64,000 nucleotides of DNA from Nitrospira japonica. GTDB lineage: Bacteria > Nitrospirota > Thermodesulfovibrionia > Thermodesulfovibrionales > SM23-35. The DNA is taken from contig DYFC01000010.1 of assembly GCA_020725385.1 (NCBI GenBank), positions 1 through 64,000 of the forward strand. The letters run 5' to 3'. This document shows positions 1-12,333 of the stretch, one piece after another. The first letter of the stretch is position 1; each line of letters begins with the position of its first letter. The notes under the pieces were generated by a model that worked only from the letters and a program-made list of their open reading frames with translations, made no database searches and was not told the DNA's origin. The position numbers and the translations under genes are program-made.

Positions 1-128
1 TTCGATACCTTAGTGTACGTTTAAAGATGATTTACCATAAACCTTTTTATTCATCACCAATAAATATCTTTTAATATAAAAATCATCGAGTTAAATAAAT
101 TTTTGAGCAATATCTGCATTATTTGAGA

Positions 129-542
129 TTATTTAATTTCAAGTGCCGAGAAAAAATATGGTATCTCATATGATGCAGATTCTTTTGAATCCGAGCCATG
201 TACAATATTATGTTCTATATCAGAAGCAAAATCTGCTCTTATGGTTCCCGGTGCAGCATCTTTTGGATTTGTAGCACCCATTATTTCTCTAACTTTAGTT
301 ATAGCACTTTCTCCTTCAATAACCATGACAACAACAGGTCCTTCGGACATAAATGAAGTAAGGCTTTCGTAAAAAGGTCTTTCTTTATGAACTATATAGA
401 ATCCTTTTGCATCTTCCCTGGACATTTTAATCATTTTTAGAGCCGCAATTCTAAGACCTTTTTCTTCAAATCTTTTTATTACCTCACCAATAATATTCTT
501 TTTTACACCATCAGGTTTTATGATTGACAATGTTCTTTCCAT
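129..542 (-). CDS. ndk: nucleoside diphosphate kinase
   Basis: [13 protein letters not shown]-terminus and NIVHGSDS catalytic His motif; start moved to ATG 542, which has a GGAGG RBS. Confidence 0.97.
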   Translation of the reverse strand: MERTLSIIKPDGVKKNIIGEVIKRFEEKGLRIAALKMIKMSREDAKGFYIVHKERPFYESLTSFMSEGPVVVMVIEGESAITKVREIMGATNPKDAAPGTIRADFASDIEHNIVHGSDSKESASYEIPYFFSALEIK

Positions 543-684
543 CTTTCCTCCATTAAATTTAATTCTTAAATAAAATTCTAATAAAAATATATTTATGAAA
601 GCCAATACCCCCCTCTTATAAGGGGGAATTTATTGAAGTATCCACTTTATTAAGTTGGATACTATAGGTAAAACCAAAAAATGT

Positions 685-836
685 AGACATTGCTCAAATA
701 CCGCAAAACGCAAAAAGTAAATTATGAACTGTCAATTCGTCATTCTCTGGCTTGACCAGAGAATCCAGAAAACTTAAAAAACTGGATTCCCCGATCGAGT
801 CGGGGAATGACGTTAAAACTTTTTACCGTGTCCGTT
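685..836. repeat. palindromic REP/MITE-like element, family B copy 1
   Basis: GTCATTCTCTGG..CCAGAGAATCCAG-N-CTGGATTCCCCGA..TCGGGGAATGAC double hairpin; its reverse complement aligns with 51947-52020. Confidence 0.8.
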
Positions 837-993
837 TTTTAATACGTATAGCGAACAGCGTATCACGGATTACAAATAATGAATTTCGTAATATGTGCAT
901 TATGTTAACTGCATTTTTGGGTCAACCCTCTTATTTCCCCGTTTCTAAAGGTGTTATGTGGTTGTTATTCCCAAACTTGCCTGCCAGCCATTT

Positions 994-1917
994 TTATATT
1001 AATTTTTCTACAAGTTTTCTGACAGAAGCACAGGATTTCTTAAATTGTGCTTTTTCTTCTTTTGTAAGTCTAACTTCTATAACTTTTTCGACACCTTCTT
1101 TTCCTAAAATAACCGGCACTCCCATATATAAATCTTTTACTCCATATTCACCATTAAGATAGGCCGCACAGGGAAGGGTTCTTCTTTCATCAAGCAATAT
1201 ACTTTTTACCATCTGAAAAGTTGAGGCTGCCGGCGCATAATAAGCGCTTCCTGTTCTTAGAAGAGAAACTATTTCTGCACCACCATTTCTCGTCCTTTCT
1301 ATGAGCTTCTCAATCTTTTTCTTGGGCATTAACTCTGTGATAGAAACGCCTTTTACTGTTGAAAATCTTGGCATAGGAACCATATCATCGCCATGTCCAC
1401 CAAAAACAAGAGCTTCGACATCTTCAGGTGAAACTTTTAATTCAAAGGATATAAAAGTTCTCAATCTTGCTGCATCAAGAATTCCACCCATACCCATAAC
1501 TTTCTTACAAGAAAACTCTGTTGTTTTCCATGCAAGCTGTGCCATTACATCCATTGGATTGGTTACGATGATCAATATACAGTGAGGAGATGTCTTTGCA
1601 ATTTCTGCGCTTACATTTCTGATAATCTTTGCGTTTGCTTCGAGCAGATCACTCCTTGACATTCCGGGTTTTCGCGCAAGTCCTGCTGTAACTACAACAA
1701 TATCAGATGACACTGTATCTTCGTAATTGTTTGTTCCTATTACAATAGATGACGAACCCCATAAAGGACATGCTTCTGCAATATCCAGAGCCTTACCTTG
1801 CGGCATACCTTCAACAACATCAAATAGTACAACATCAGCAAATCCTGACTGCGCAATCAACTGTGCTGTTGTTGCCCCTACATTCCCTGCACCAATAATA
1901 GATACTTTTTTCTTCAT
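994..1917 (-). CDS. mdh: malate dehydrogenase (LDH-like)
   Basis: GAGNVG Rossmann motif; TAGLARKPGMSR, LDAARLR and GGHGD motifs. Confidence 0.95.
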   Translation of the reverse strand: MKKKVSIIGAGNVGATTAQLIAQSGFADVVLFDVVEGMPQGKALDIAEACPLWGSSSIVIGTNNYEDTVSSDIVVVTAGLARKPGMSRSDLLEANAKIIRNVSAEIAKTSPHCILIIVTNPMDVMAQLAWKTTEFSCKKVMGMGGILDAARLRTFISFELKVSPEDVEALVFGGHGDDMVPMPRFSTVKGVSITELMPKKKIEKLIERTRNGGAEIVSLLRTGSAYYAPAASTFQMVKSILLDERRTLPCAAYLNGEYGVKDLYMGVPVILGKEGVEKVIEVRLTKEEKAQFKKSCASVRKLVEKLI

Positions 1918-2091
1918 AGAAATCAAATTATAAAAGAAATTGAAATATTAAGGCAACATCATTCTTCTCAACCACAAGAATAAATTCGAAATAATCAATA
2001 AAAATTGTTTTTTATAATAAAGATGTTGCGAGAAAATTTATTTTTGGATTAACTGATTTGGATTAAGACTCAATCAATGAATTAATTCTGA

Positions 2092-3069
2092 TTAAATAAT
2101 TCCCTGCTTAAGAATATCATGGAGGTGAATAATACCTATTGGCCGGTTATCATTATCAGGAACTATTAAAGCTGTTATTGATTTGCTCTCCATTATTGAA
2201 AGAGCTTTCGCGGCAAGTTCATCCTGAGGGATAGTTTTTGGATTTTTTGTCATAATTTCCTCGGTTCGCATTTCAAACAGTTTCCCAGCATATTTTTCTA
2301 ACCCTCTCCTTACATCTCCGTCAGTAATAACTCCTGCAATTTTACCACTATTATCAAGTACTATGGCATGGCCGAGCCTTTTCGATGATATTTCTATTAG
2401 AGCTTTTGAAACAGGGGTATCAGATGATACTAGAGGAAGTTCTGAACCTATATGCATTAAATCTTTTACTTTTATAAAAAACTTTTTGCCAAGATTCCCG
2501 CCCGGATGGAAAAAAGCAAAATCCTGCTCGCTGATTCCACGTTTTACAAGTAATGATACAGCAATCGCATCTCCCATTGCCATTGTTGCTGTAGTAGATG
2601 CAGTCGGTACTATTCCCATCGGACAGGCTTCTTCTCTTACAGAAACATCGATTGCAATATCAGAAAGTTTTGCAAGAGTCGAATTGATATTCCCTGTCAT
2701 TGATATTAAACTAATATTGAATCTTTTAAGAAAAGGGATAAGATTTACTATCTCTTCTGTTTCTCCACTATTTGAGATAGCTATAACAATATCTCTTTCG
2801 GTAACCATGCCGAGGTCACCATGACTTGCCTCTGCGGGATGAAGAAAAAATGATGGTGTTCCGGTTGAAGCAAGTGTTGCAGCAATTTTTTTACCTACAA
2901 GTCCTGACTTGCCCATTCCTGTAACTACAACTCTTCCTTTGCAGTTTAATATCATATTGACAGCTTCGTTAAAACTGTTATTTATCCTGTCAACCAAAGC
3001 TTCGACCGCATTTGCCTCTGTCTTTAAAACATTTCTTGCAATATCAATTATATTTGCATTTGGATTCAT
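2092..3069 (-). CDS. kdsD: arabinose-5-phosphate isomerase (SIS + CBS)
   Basis: GMGKSG, HGDLG and FHPGG motifs; C-terminal CBS pair; follows kdsA. Confidence 0.95.
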   Translation of the reverse strand: MNPNANIIDIARNVLKTEANAVEALVDRINNSFNEAVNMILNCKGRVVVTGMGKSGLVGKKIAATLASTGTPSFFLHPAEASHGDLGMVTERDIVIAISNSGETEEIVNLIPFLKRFNISLISMTGNINSTLAKLSDIAIDVSVREEACPMGIVPTASTTATMAMGDAIAVSLLVKRGISEQDFAFFHPGGNLGKKFFIKVKDLMHIGSELPLVSSDTPVSKALIEISSKRLGHAIVLDNSGKIAGVITDGDVRRGLEKYAGKLFEMRTEEIMTKNPKTIPQDELAAKALSIMESKSITALIVPDNDNRPIGIIHLHDILKQGII

Positions 3070-3152
3070 GTGAATATTATATATTAACTACAAAGTATCT
3101 GTACATGTTTAACAAAAAATGCAGAAAATGCCGTAAAATGTCTTAAATATTG

Positions 3153-3233
3153 GAGATGCTAAAATAAAAGACAGTTGAGGATTCAGCATTACGCTTTTTT
3201 TCTTTGTGTCACTCTGAACTTAATTCAGAGACT
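3153..3233. repeat. degenerate palindromic REP-like element
   Basis: GAGATGCT..TTCAGCATTAC plus GTCACTCTGAA-CTTAA-TTCAGAGACT hairpin, the same GTCA(T/C)T..GA(A/C)T style as other repeats in the window. Confidence 0.5.
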
Positions 3234-4065
3234 AAAACTGCTTATAAAGCTTTATCAACTCGTCGATAGCTTTGAGGGATTTAAGAAGTTTAGGCATGTC
3301 GTCGAGTTTGATCATATTAGGACCGTCACATAATGCTTTTTCTGGTTCAGGATGAACTTCCATAAATATTCCGTCAATTCCTGCTGCCACTGCTGCTCTT
3401 GAAAGTGGCTCTGCAAATTCTCTCTGCCCGGATGAACTTGTTCCTTTTCCGCCGGGTAATTGAAGACTATGGGTTACATCGAAAACCACAGGGTATCCAA
3501 AAGAGCGCATGATAGAAAAAGATCTGAAATCAACTACAAGATTGTTATATCCAAAAGATACCCCTCTTTCGGTTATGAAAATTTTATTATTTCCGGTTGA
3601 GATGAATTTATCAATAATATTCTTAACATCCCACGGAGCAAGAAACTGTCCTTTTTTAACATTTACAGGTTTTCCTGTTTTTGAAGCTTCTATTATAAGA
3701 TCAGTTTGTCTGCAAAGAAATGCAGGTATCTGAATAGCATCGAGGATTTGGGATGCTATTCTTATTTCTTCAACTGAATGCACATCTGATATTACAGGCA
3801 CTCCAACCCTGTCTTTTACATCGGAAAGTATTCTTAGCCCTTTTTCAATTCCAGGCCCTCTAAAAGACAATATTGATGTGCGATTAGCCTTGTCATAGGA
3901 ACTTTTAAAAATAAACTGCAATCCAAGAGATGTACATATTTCTTTTAAACGTTCCGCTGTATGAAAAACAATATCTTCATTTTCTACTACACACGGGCCT
4001 GCAATTATAAGAAGTGGATTATTTCCGCCGAGACTTAATTTACCTATTTCGATATTCCCGGTCAA
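3232..4065 (-). CDS. kdsA: KDO 8-phosphate synthase
   Basis: AGPCVVE, KSSYDKANRTS, QIPAFLCRQTD and KKGQF motifs. Confidence 0.97.
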   Translation of the reverse strand: MTGNIEIGKLSLGGNNPLLIIAGPCVVENEDIVFHTAERLKEICTSLGLQFIFKSSYDKANRTSILSFRGPGIEKGLRILSDVKDRVGVPVISDVHSVEEIRIASQILDAIQIPAFLCRQTDLIIEASKTGKPVNVKKGQFLAPWDVKNIIDKFISTGNNKIFITERGVSFGYNNLVVDFRSFSIMRSFGYPVVFDVTHSLQLPGGKGTSSSGQREFAEPLSRAAVAAGIDGIFMEVHPEPEKALCDGPNMIKLDDMPKLLKSLKAIDELIKLYKQF

Positions 4066-4067
4066 AT

Positions 4068-6457
<2,390 letters not shown>

Positions 6458-6664
6458 AACTTTTTTTTAATTATATAATGAGCCGATACATATTGACAAC
6501 ATATTTTTCACCCCGATGATCCAAAAATTCATTTAGAAAAGCTAACAAACCATCTTACGTTTTACGTTATTTTATCAATAGCTCTATTTTTCGTGTTAAA
6601 CACAATCATATTTGGTCGTTTGTTTAGTGAAGTATAATATATAAATTATGTGTTAAAATTGATA

Positions 6665-7333
6665 ATGGATTTTAATGATATTATACGTCAGGTTATTATT
6701 TCAGCCATACCCGTGCTGATAGCGATTGTTTTCCATGAGCTTTCGCATGGTTTTGTTGCATATAGACTTGGTGATCCTACTGCAAAAATGATGGGCAGGC
6801 TTACTATTAATCCAATCGCCCATATTGACCCATTCGGTACTATTCTTATGCCACTAATGTTAATTGTATTTACAGGTGGTCAGTTTGTTTTTGGATATGC
6901 AAAACCTGTCCCTATTAATCCGATGAATTTTAAGAATCCAAAAAGAGATATGGCAATCTCTGCTGCTGCAGGTCCTGTAACTAATTTCATTCTTTCAATA
7001 ATCAGTATAATCTTGATTAAGTTTTTAGTTATTCCGGCATCACATATTTTTCCGGATATTGTAGGTTCAACTGTACTTGCTCCTGTTTTTCTAATTCTTC
7101 AAAGAAGTATAGAGGTAAATGTTGTGCTCGCTGCATTCAATATGATTCCAATTCCACCACTTGATGGTGGCAGGGTGCTTGTTGGCCTTTTGCCTTATAA
7201 ACAGGCAGTTTCTTTCAGCAAAATAGAACCCTTTGGTTTTTTAATTGTGATTATATTAATCGCGACCGGAATCGCCAATTATTTTGTTATGCCTTTGGTT
7301 CATCTGTTTTCGCAAATACTTCAATTATTTTAA
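6665..7333 (+). CDS. site-2 protease (M50 family) membrane metalloprotease
   Basis: HELSH zinc motif, AGP, and FNMIPIPPLDGG; hydrophobic. Confidence 0.92.
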   Translation: MDFNDIIRQVIISAIPVLIAIVFHELSHGFVAYRLGDPTAKMMGRLTINPIAHIDPFGTILMPLMLIVFTGGQFVFGYAKPVPINPMNFKNPKRDMAISAAAGPVTNFILSIISIILIKFLVIPASHIFPDIVGSTVLAPVFLILQRSIEVNVVLAAFNMIPIPPLDGGRVLVGLLPYKQAVSFSKIEPFGFLIVIILIATGIANYFVMPLVHLFSQILQLF

Positions 7334-7354
7334 ATTATTCTATAGAGGTGAAAA

Positions 7355-8341
7355 ATGTCAAAAGATATTGTTTTAAGTGGAATGCAATCAAGTGGAAAAC
7401 TTCATCTTGGGAACCTGATAGGAGCCTTAAGCAACTGGGTAAAGCTTCAGGATAAATATGATTGTTATTATTTTATCGCAGACTGGCATTCACTTACAAC
7501 TGGTTATTCAGATACTTCATTTATTAAGGAATCAACAAAAGACCTTCTTGTTAATTTTCTCGCTGCCGGATTGGACCCTGATAAATGCACGATATTTATT
7601 CAGTCCAGAATAATTGAACATGCAGAGTTGCATCTTTTACTTTCAATGATTACACCGCTTGGCTGGCTTGAAAGGGTGCCTACTTATAAAGAAAAACAGG
7701 ATGAATTAAAAGACAAAGACTTGAATACTTACGGCTTTTTAGGCTATCCTTTGCTTCAGACTGCTGATATAATAATTTACCGTGCCAAATATGTGCCCGT
7801 CGGTATAGATCAGGTTCCACATCTTGAAATTAGCAGGGAAATTGCGCGTCGCTTTAATTTTCTTTATAAAGAAATATTTCCGGAACCAGAAGCTTTGTTG
7901 ACTGAATTCCCGAAAGTTGTTGGTATAGATGGAAGGAAAATGTCAAAAAGCTACGATAATGCAATTTACTTATCGGATGACCCGAAAACAGTCGAACATA
8001 AAATAAGAACCATGGTTACAGATCCTGCAAGGGTCAAAAAAACAGACCCGGGTAATCCCGAGCTTTCACCAGTCTATCAATTACATAAAATATTTTCATC
8101 TAAAGAAGAACAGGAAGAAGTTGCTGAAGGTTGTCGAACTGCAAGAATTGGATGTATTGATTGTAAAAAAATTCTTATAAAGAATGTTGTTAAAGTTATG
8201 GAACCGATCTGGGCAAGAAGAAACGAACTTTTGAATAATCCCGAACTGCTTTATAGTGTTGTAGAAAAAGGAAATACAAGAGCCAGAAAAACTGCAAACG
8301 AAACAATGGTCCTTGTTCGTGAAGCAATGGGATTATTCTAA
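7355..8341 (+). CDS. trpS: tryptophanyl-tRNA synthetase
   Basis: HLGN (HIGH), VPVGIDQVPH and KMSKS motifs. Confidence 0.97.
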   Translation: MSKDIVLSGMQSSGKLHLGNLIGALSNWVKLQDKYDCYYFIADWHSLTTGYSDTSFIKESTKDLLVNFLAAGLDPDKCTIFIQSRIIEHAELHLLLSMITPLGWLERVPTYKEKQDELKDKDLNTYGFLGYPLLQTADIIIYRAKYVPVGIDQVPHLEISREIARRFNFLYKEIFPEPEALLTEFPKVVGIDGRKMSKSYDNAIYLSDDPKTVEHKIRTMVTDPARVKKTDPGNPELSPVYQLHKIFSSKEEQEEVAEGCRTARIGCIDCKKILIKNVVKVMEPIWARRNELLNNPELLYSVVEKGNTRARKTANETMVLVREAMGLF

Positions 8342-8347
8342 TTTTCT

Positions 8348-9532
8348 ATGCAGAAAGAAGAATCAAAAAATCTTTTGGAAAAAATCAAAACAGGTTACTC
8401 TTTGCCGGCTCTATCTGTTGTTGCCACAAAACTTATTGAAATAGCAAGTGATGAGAATGCTTCTATAAAAGAACTTGCAGAATTAATCGAAAAAGATCCC
8501 TCGCTTACTGTAAGGCTTATCAGTACGGCAAATTCAGCTTTCTTTAGAACATCTGAATTAGTTACTTCAATAGAGCAGGCTATATTCAGGATAGGGTTCA
8601 AGCGCTTGAGAATAATGGCGCTTACCCTTTCATTACGGGATACGTTTCCGATGGGGAAACGCGGGAAAATGGATTACGAACATTTCTGGAAAGTATCTTT
8701 ATATAGAGCTCTTCTTTCTAAGTCTCTTGCATTACATTTTAAGAATTGTAGCCCTGAAGAAGCATTCATTGCTGGGCTTACACAGGAGATAGGTTTTTTA
8801 ATTTTTTATGATCTTATTATGTCAGGAGATGACACAATTGCAGAACATGGTTTGTTTCCTGTTGAAGACTTAATTTCATTAGAAACTGACAAATATGGAA
8901 TAAATCATAGAGAAGTTGGAGAGATTGCTTTAAGATACTGGATGTTCCCTGAAGAGATTGTCAAATGCCAGTGTGTTACAAAAGGAGAAAAACCTTCTCC
9001 TCTTTGTTTGAATTGTGAAATTGCTTTGTTGTTATCTTCTATAATTTTCCAAAGTTCTGTAGATTTAAATGAGGTATTGGATAAAATAACAAATGTTTAC
9101 AAAATAAACAGTGAACTGACAAGTGAAATTTTGTCATCAGTATTCAGACAGGTCGAGGACACTGCAAAAGCGTTTAAACTTGAGGTAAGTAAAGATAGAG
9201 ATATTCTCGGTATCATGGAGAAAGCCAATGAAATTCTTGGAAAACTTTCTTCCGATTTATCGTCCTATCATGATTCTCCGCCCGAATGTGTTCTGCCATC
9301 CTTAAAAAGTCTTCGGAACCTTTCCGAAAAATCCACAGTCGATTACACTCTTCAAGCAGTTGCTCATGAAATCAGGAATCCGCTTGTATCGGTTGGAGGA
9401 TTTGTGAAAAAATTATCAAAAGTTATAGATACATCTTCTAAAGAGTGGGAATATGTTCAAATCATTCTCGAGGAAACAAAAAAGATGGAACAAGCTCTCG
9501 CACGTTTTTCAAATGATATAAAATTTAAATGA
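8348..9532 (+). CDS. HDOD-domain protein with C-terminal HisKA (DHp) segment
   Basis: LPALS..IEKDPSL..ANSA..AIFRIG HDOD signature; C-terminal AHEIRNPL H-box; no HATPase domain. Confidence 0.8.
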   Translation: MQKEESKNLLEKIKTGYSLPALSVVATKLIEIASDENASIKELAELIEKDPSLTVRLISTANSAFFRTSELVTSIEQAIFRIGFKRLRIMALTLSLRDTFPMGKRGKMDYEHFWKVSLYRALLSKSLALHFKNCSPEEAFIAGLTQEIGFLIFYDLIMSGDDTIAEHGLFPVEDLISLETDKYGINHREVGEIALRYWMFPEEIVKCQCVTKGEKPSPLCLNCEIALLLSSIIFQSSVDLNEVLDKITNVYKINSELTSEILSSVFRQVEDTAKAFKLEVSKDRDILGIMEKANEILGKLSSDLSSYHDSPPECVLPSLKSLRNLSEKSTVDYTLQAVAHEIRNPLVSVGGFVKKLSKVIDTSSKEWEYVQIILEETKKMEQALARFSNDIKFK

Positions 9533-9556
9533 TAAGAGGATTAAAAGGAGTAAATT

Positions 9557-10279
9557 ATGAATTATAAAGGTCTATCGGAAATGGTGCAATCTTCTTCATT
9601 ATTAAGTCAGGTAGTTGGTGCGGAAAAGCTTTTTCTTTCGGGCAGAAGAAAAAGGGGAGAGGATCTTGAAAGTGCCGTGAGATTTTTTCTTGAGTTCCTT
9701 CACGGCTTCGAGAGTTTTGAATTCGAAGGCCCTTGCGTTACTGTCTTTGGTTCGGCAAGATTTCAGGAAAGACACCGCTACTACGAACTTGCACGCGAAC
9801 TCGGACGTGCACTCGCTATGGCAGGATATGCTGTGATGACAGGAGGAGGACCTGGTATTATGGAAGCTGCCAACAGAGGTGCAAAAGAAGGGGGCGGACT
9901 TAGTCTCGGGTGCTCGATTACACTTCCTTTCGAACAGAAACCGAATAAATATCTTGATAAATTTATTGAATTTGAACATTTCTTCGTCCGCAAGGTAATG
10001 CTTGTCAAATATTCATCTGCTTTTGTAGTAATGCCCGGTGGATTTGGAACTCTTGATGAAGCATTCGAAGTTATAACACTTGCCCAGACAGGCAAGCTTG
10101 AACGTTTTCCGGTAGTCGGGATGGTCAGAAGTTTCTGGGATCATCTTCGACGTTTTATGAATGATACAATGCTTGCCGAAGGCACTATAAGTCCTGAAGA
10201 TATGGATTTTATTCAGGGTGCTGACACTGTTGAAGATGCGATAAGAATTATAAGGGGATTAGCACGAAAGACATTTTAA
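9557..10279 (+). CDS. LOG family nucleotide phosphoribohydrolase (TIGR00730-like)
   Basis: VFGSAR, TGGGPGIMEAANRG and PGGFGTLDE motifs. Confidence 0.9.
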   Translation: MNYKGLSEMVQSSSLLSQVVGAEKLFLSGRRKRGEDLESAVRFFLEFLHGFESFEFEGPCVTVFGSARFQERHRYYELARELGRALAMAGYAVMTGGGPGIMEAANRGAKEGGGLSLGCSITLPFEQKPNKYLDKFIEFEHFFVRKVMLVKYSSAFVVMPGGFGTLDEAFEVITLAQTGKLERFPVVGMVRSFWDHLRRFMNDTMLAEGTISPEDMDFIQGADTVEDAIRIIRGLARKTF

Positions 10280-10292
10280 AGGAGGTAAAAAT

Positions 10293-10643
10293 ATGCCTTC
10301 CGGGTTATCGAATGAAGAATGGGAGAAAACATTAAATGTTACTCTAAGAAGGATGATTTTAATTGATGGAAAAGTCTATGGTCTTGAGGATGAATCAGAA
10401 CCGGATGCCTTCATGGATTGTGGAGCACATACAGATTCCTGTCTGGCTTATTGCTGTAAATATGTTTTTGCATTAACACTGGAAGAAGTGAAAAAAGGCA
10501 TATATAAATATAATCAAGAAAGACCTTATTATATGGCAAAAGATGAAGACGGATATTGTACTTATCTTGATAGAGAAACATTCAAATGTACTATCCATGA
10601 AATCAGACCAATACGCTGTAGAAAATTTGCCTGCGAGTTATAA
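10293..10643 (+). CDS. YkgJ-like cysteine cluster protein
   Basis: Cys pattern C..C..CC and CTYLD..CTIHEIRPIRCRKF; GGAGG RBS. Confidence 0.75.
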   Translation: MPSGLSNEEWEKTLNVTLRRMILIDGKVYGLEDESEPDAFMDCGAHTDSCLAYCCKYVFALTLEEVKKGIYKYNQERPYYMAKDEDGYCTYLDRETFKCTIHEIRPIRCRKFACEL

Positions 10644-10827
10644 TTTAAATTAGTCAAAATTATACAGATATTTCTAAAATAGAAGATATTTATCATTTAA
10701 GGAAGAAATTAAGGTGTATTATGCTTAATAAATCATTTTCTATTAAAATTCCGGATTATTAAGCCTTTATTCAACCTTGAAATTTAGTCTAAAAAGAGTA
10801 AACTATAATTAAGAAAAGAATTAAAGA

Positions 10828-10992
10828 TTGCGATTCCCGTAACGGAAGTCACCTGAGGATCAAGCAATATATAAAGGGAGCGGGAGTCAGATGTGGTGTG
10901 CATGCCTCTGTAGTTAGGAGGAAGCCTAAAACATCTACCGAAGCACCCACTTAAACAAAAGAGCTCATGGTATTCCGGAGACGGGAACGCAA
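10828..10992 (+). ncRNA. ssrS: 6S RNA
   Basis: Rod fold by eye: TTGCG-TTCCCGT/ACGGGAACGCAA closing stem, CGGAA/TTCCG, ACC-TGAG/CTCA-TGGT, A-rich central bubble, GGGAGC/GCACCC, AGATGT/ACATCT; upstream sigma70-like boxes. Confidence 0.78.
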
Positions 10993-11002
10993 AATATATT
11001 TT

Positions 11003-11093
11003 AAGCCATAAAAGAATTTAAAGGTTATCCTGAAAAAAAGCTTTAAGAGCTAATCGTTCAGGTTATAAAACTTTAACTTTTATGGCTTTTTTT
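11003..11093. terminator. long imperfect hairpin or terminator between convergent units
   Basis: AAGCCATAAAAG...CTTTTATGGCTT inverted repeat followed by a T-run. Confidence 0.55.
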
Positions 11094-11841
11094 ATTTAAG
11101 AGATGATGATAATACAATATCCTGAACTATATTACAAATCTGGGAGGATCTACACTTGCCATATTCTTCATATATAACAGGTTGATGAATTAATACTTCA
11201 ACATTTATTTTTTTTTTCTTAAAAACAATAAAAGAATTCTGTATTAAAGTTTGGGGGGTATGCCATGCTATTTCAGAATCATCTTCATATAAAAGTGACA
11301 CAGGGAGAATTGATATATCCGGATCAAATTCGAGCACCTTAAAAACTCCTCTATTAAAAGGCTTTTTATCCGATACACGGCTTGTAGTTCCCTGCGGAAA
11401 AATAACAAGTCTGTAATTGCTACAAATGTTAGAAATTCTTTTTATAAGTCTATATCTTTCTTTTGATGAATTACGGTTCAGGAAAACAACCCCCATAAGC
11501 CATGCTATCTGTCCTATTACCGGATAAAATTTAATATCAGATTTACTCACAAAAACTGTTCTGAACAGATATGAAAGCACAAAAATATCCAGAAAACTTG
11601 AATGATTGGAAACAATTAGCAGTTTTTTCTTCATTCTACTAAATTTAGAATAGTTTTTACTACAAGTAATATTAATCCTGAAGATAATAAGACATATTTT
11701 TGAATAAAATCTTAAAAGTTCGGGTCCCACGTTACAACGCCACTTATATAACGCAAACAAAATAAAAAAATAAAATGGTGCGAGAATAGCTGTAGCGGAA
11801 AAAAACAGAAAAGTTTTTATTATTACTCTAAGAGTTTCCAT
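11092..11841 (-). CDS. lysophospholipid acyltransferase (PlsC family)
   Basis: NHSSFLD (HX4D) and FPQGT motifs; N-terminal transmembrane segment. Confidence 0.88.
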   Translation of the reverse strand: METLRVIIKTFLFFSATAILAPFYFFILFALYKWRCNVGPELLRFYSKICLIIFRINITCSKNYSKFSRMKKKLLIVSNHSSFLDIFVLSYLFRTVFVSKSDIKFYPVIGQIAWLMGVVFLNRNSSKERYRLIKRISNICSNYRLVIFPQGTTSRVSDKKPFNRGVFKVLEFDPDISILPVSLLYEDDSEIAWHTPQTLIQNSFIVFKKKKINVEVLIHQPVIYEEYGKCRSSQICNIVQDIVLSSSLK

Positions 11842-11931
11842 TTTTATAATATTATATTGTATTATATTCAGGCTATTAGCTGAAACTAAACATTATTTGG
11901 ACTGACATGAAAATATATTTAGAATTATGAA

Positions 11932-12219
11932 ATGAAAAAAGAACAACAAATAATTAATGAATTCAGAACAAAAAAGAACCGGCAATATCTTGCGATAGCT
12001 ATGACTTTATTATTATTACTAATTTGTATTCTTGTCTATAAACGTTCCGATATCTTCGGACAGGTCTCAAAAAATACCGTTTTTTCAGCTCAAATAATTA
12101 TTATTGTATTATTTATAATCTTCAGCATTATCAACTGGCGTTGCCCTTCCTGTAATAGATACCTGGGACATGATATAAGCAGACGTAAATGTAATAAATG
12201 TGGCAAAAGACTCGAATAA
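11932..12219 (+). CDS. small membrane protein with C-terminal Zn ribbon
   Basis: Two transmembrane helices, then WRCPSC..CNKCG. Confidence 0.7.
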   Translation: MKKEQQIINEFRTKKNRQYLAIAMTLLLLLICILVYKRSDIFGQVSKNTVFSAQIIIIVLFIIFSIINWRCPSCNRYLGHDISRRKCNKCGKRLE

Positions 12220-12333
12220 TAAAAATAATACTTTTTGAATTCAAGACTTATATATAACTCAATAAACTTTAAATCTTTACCGCTCCATAGCTATTATGCT
12301 ATTCTTTCTAATAATTTAAAATCAATAATAATT

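Noticed and set aside
604-630. CCCCCTCTTATAAGGGGG hairpin upstream of ndk
   Set aside because: Only one clear copy in the window; could be a terminator or repeat remnant, and no function can be supported.
752-1162. 136-aa plus-strand ORF
   Set aside because: Runs through a palindromic repeat and antisense into mdh; no recognisable motifs. The many other antisense shadow ORFs in the track were rejected for the same reason.
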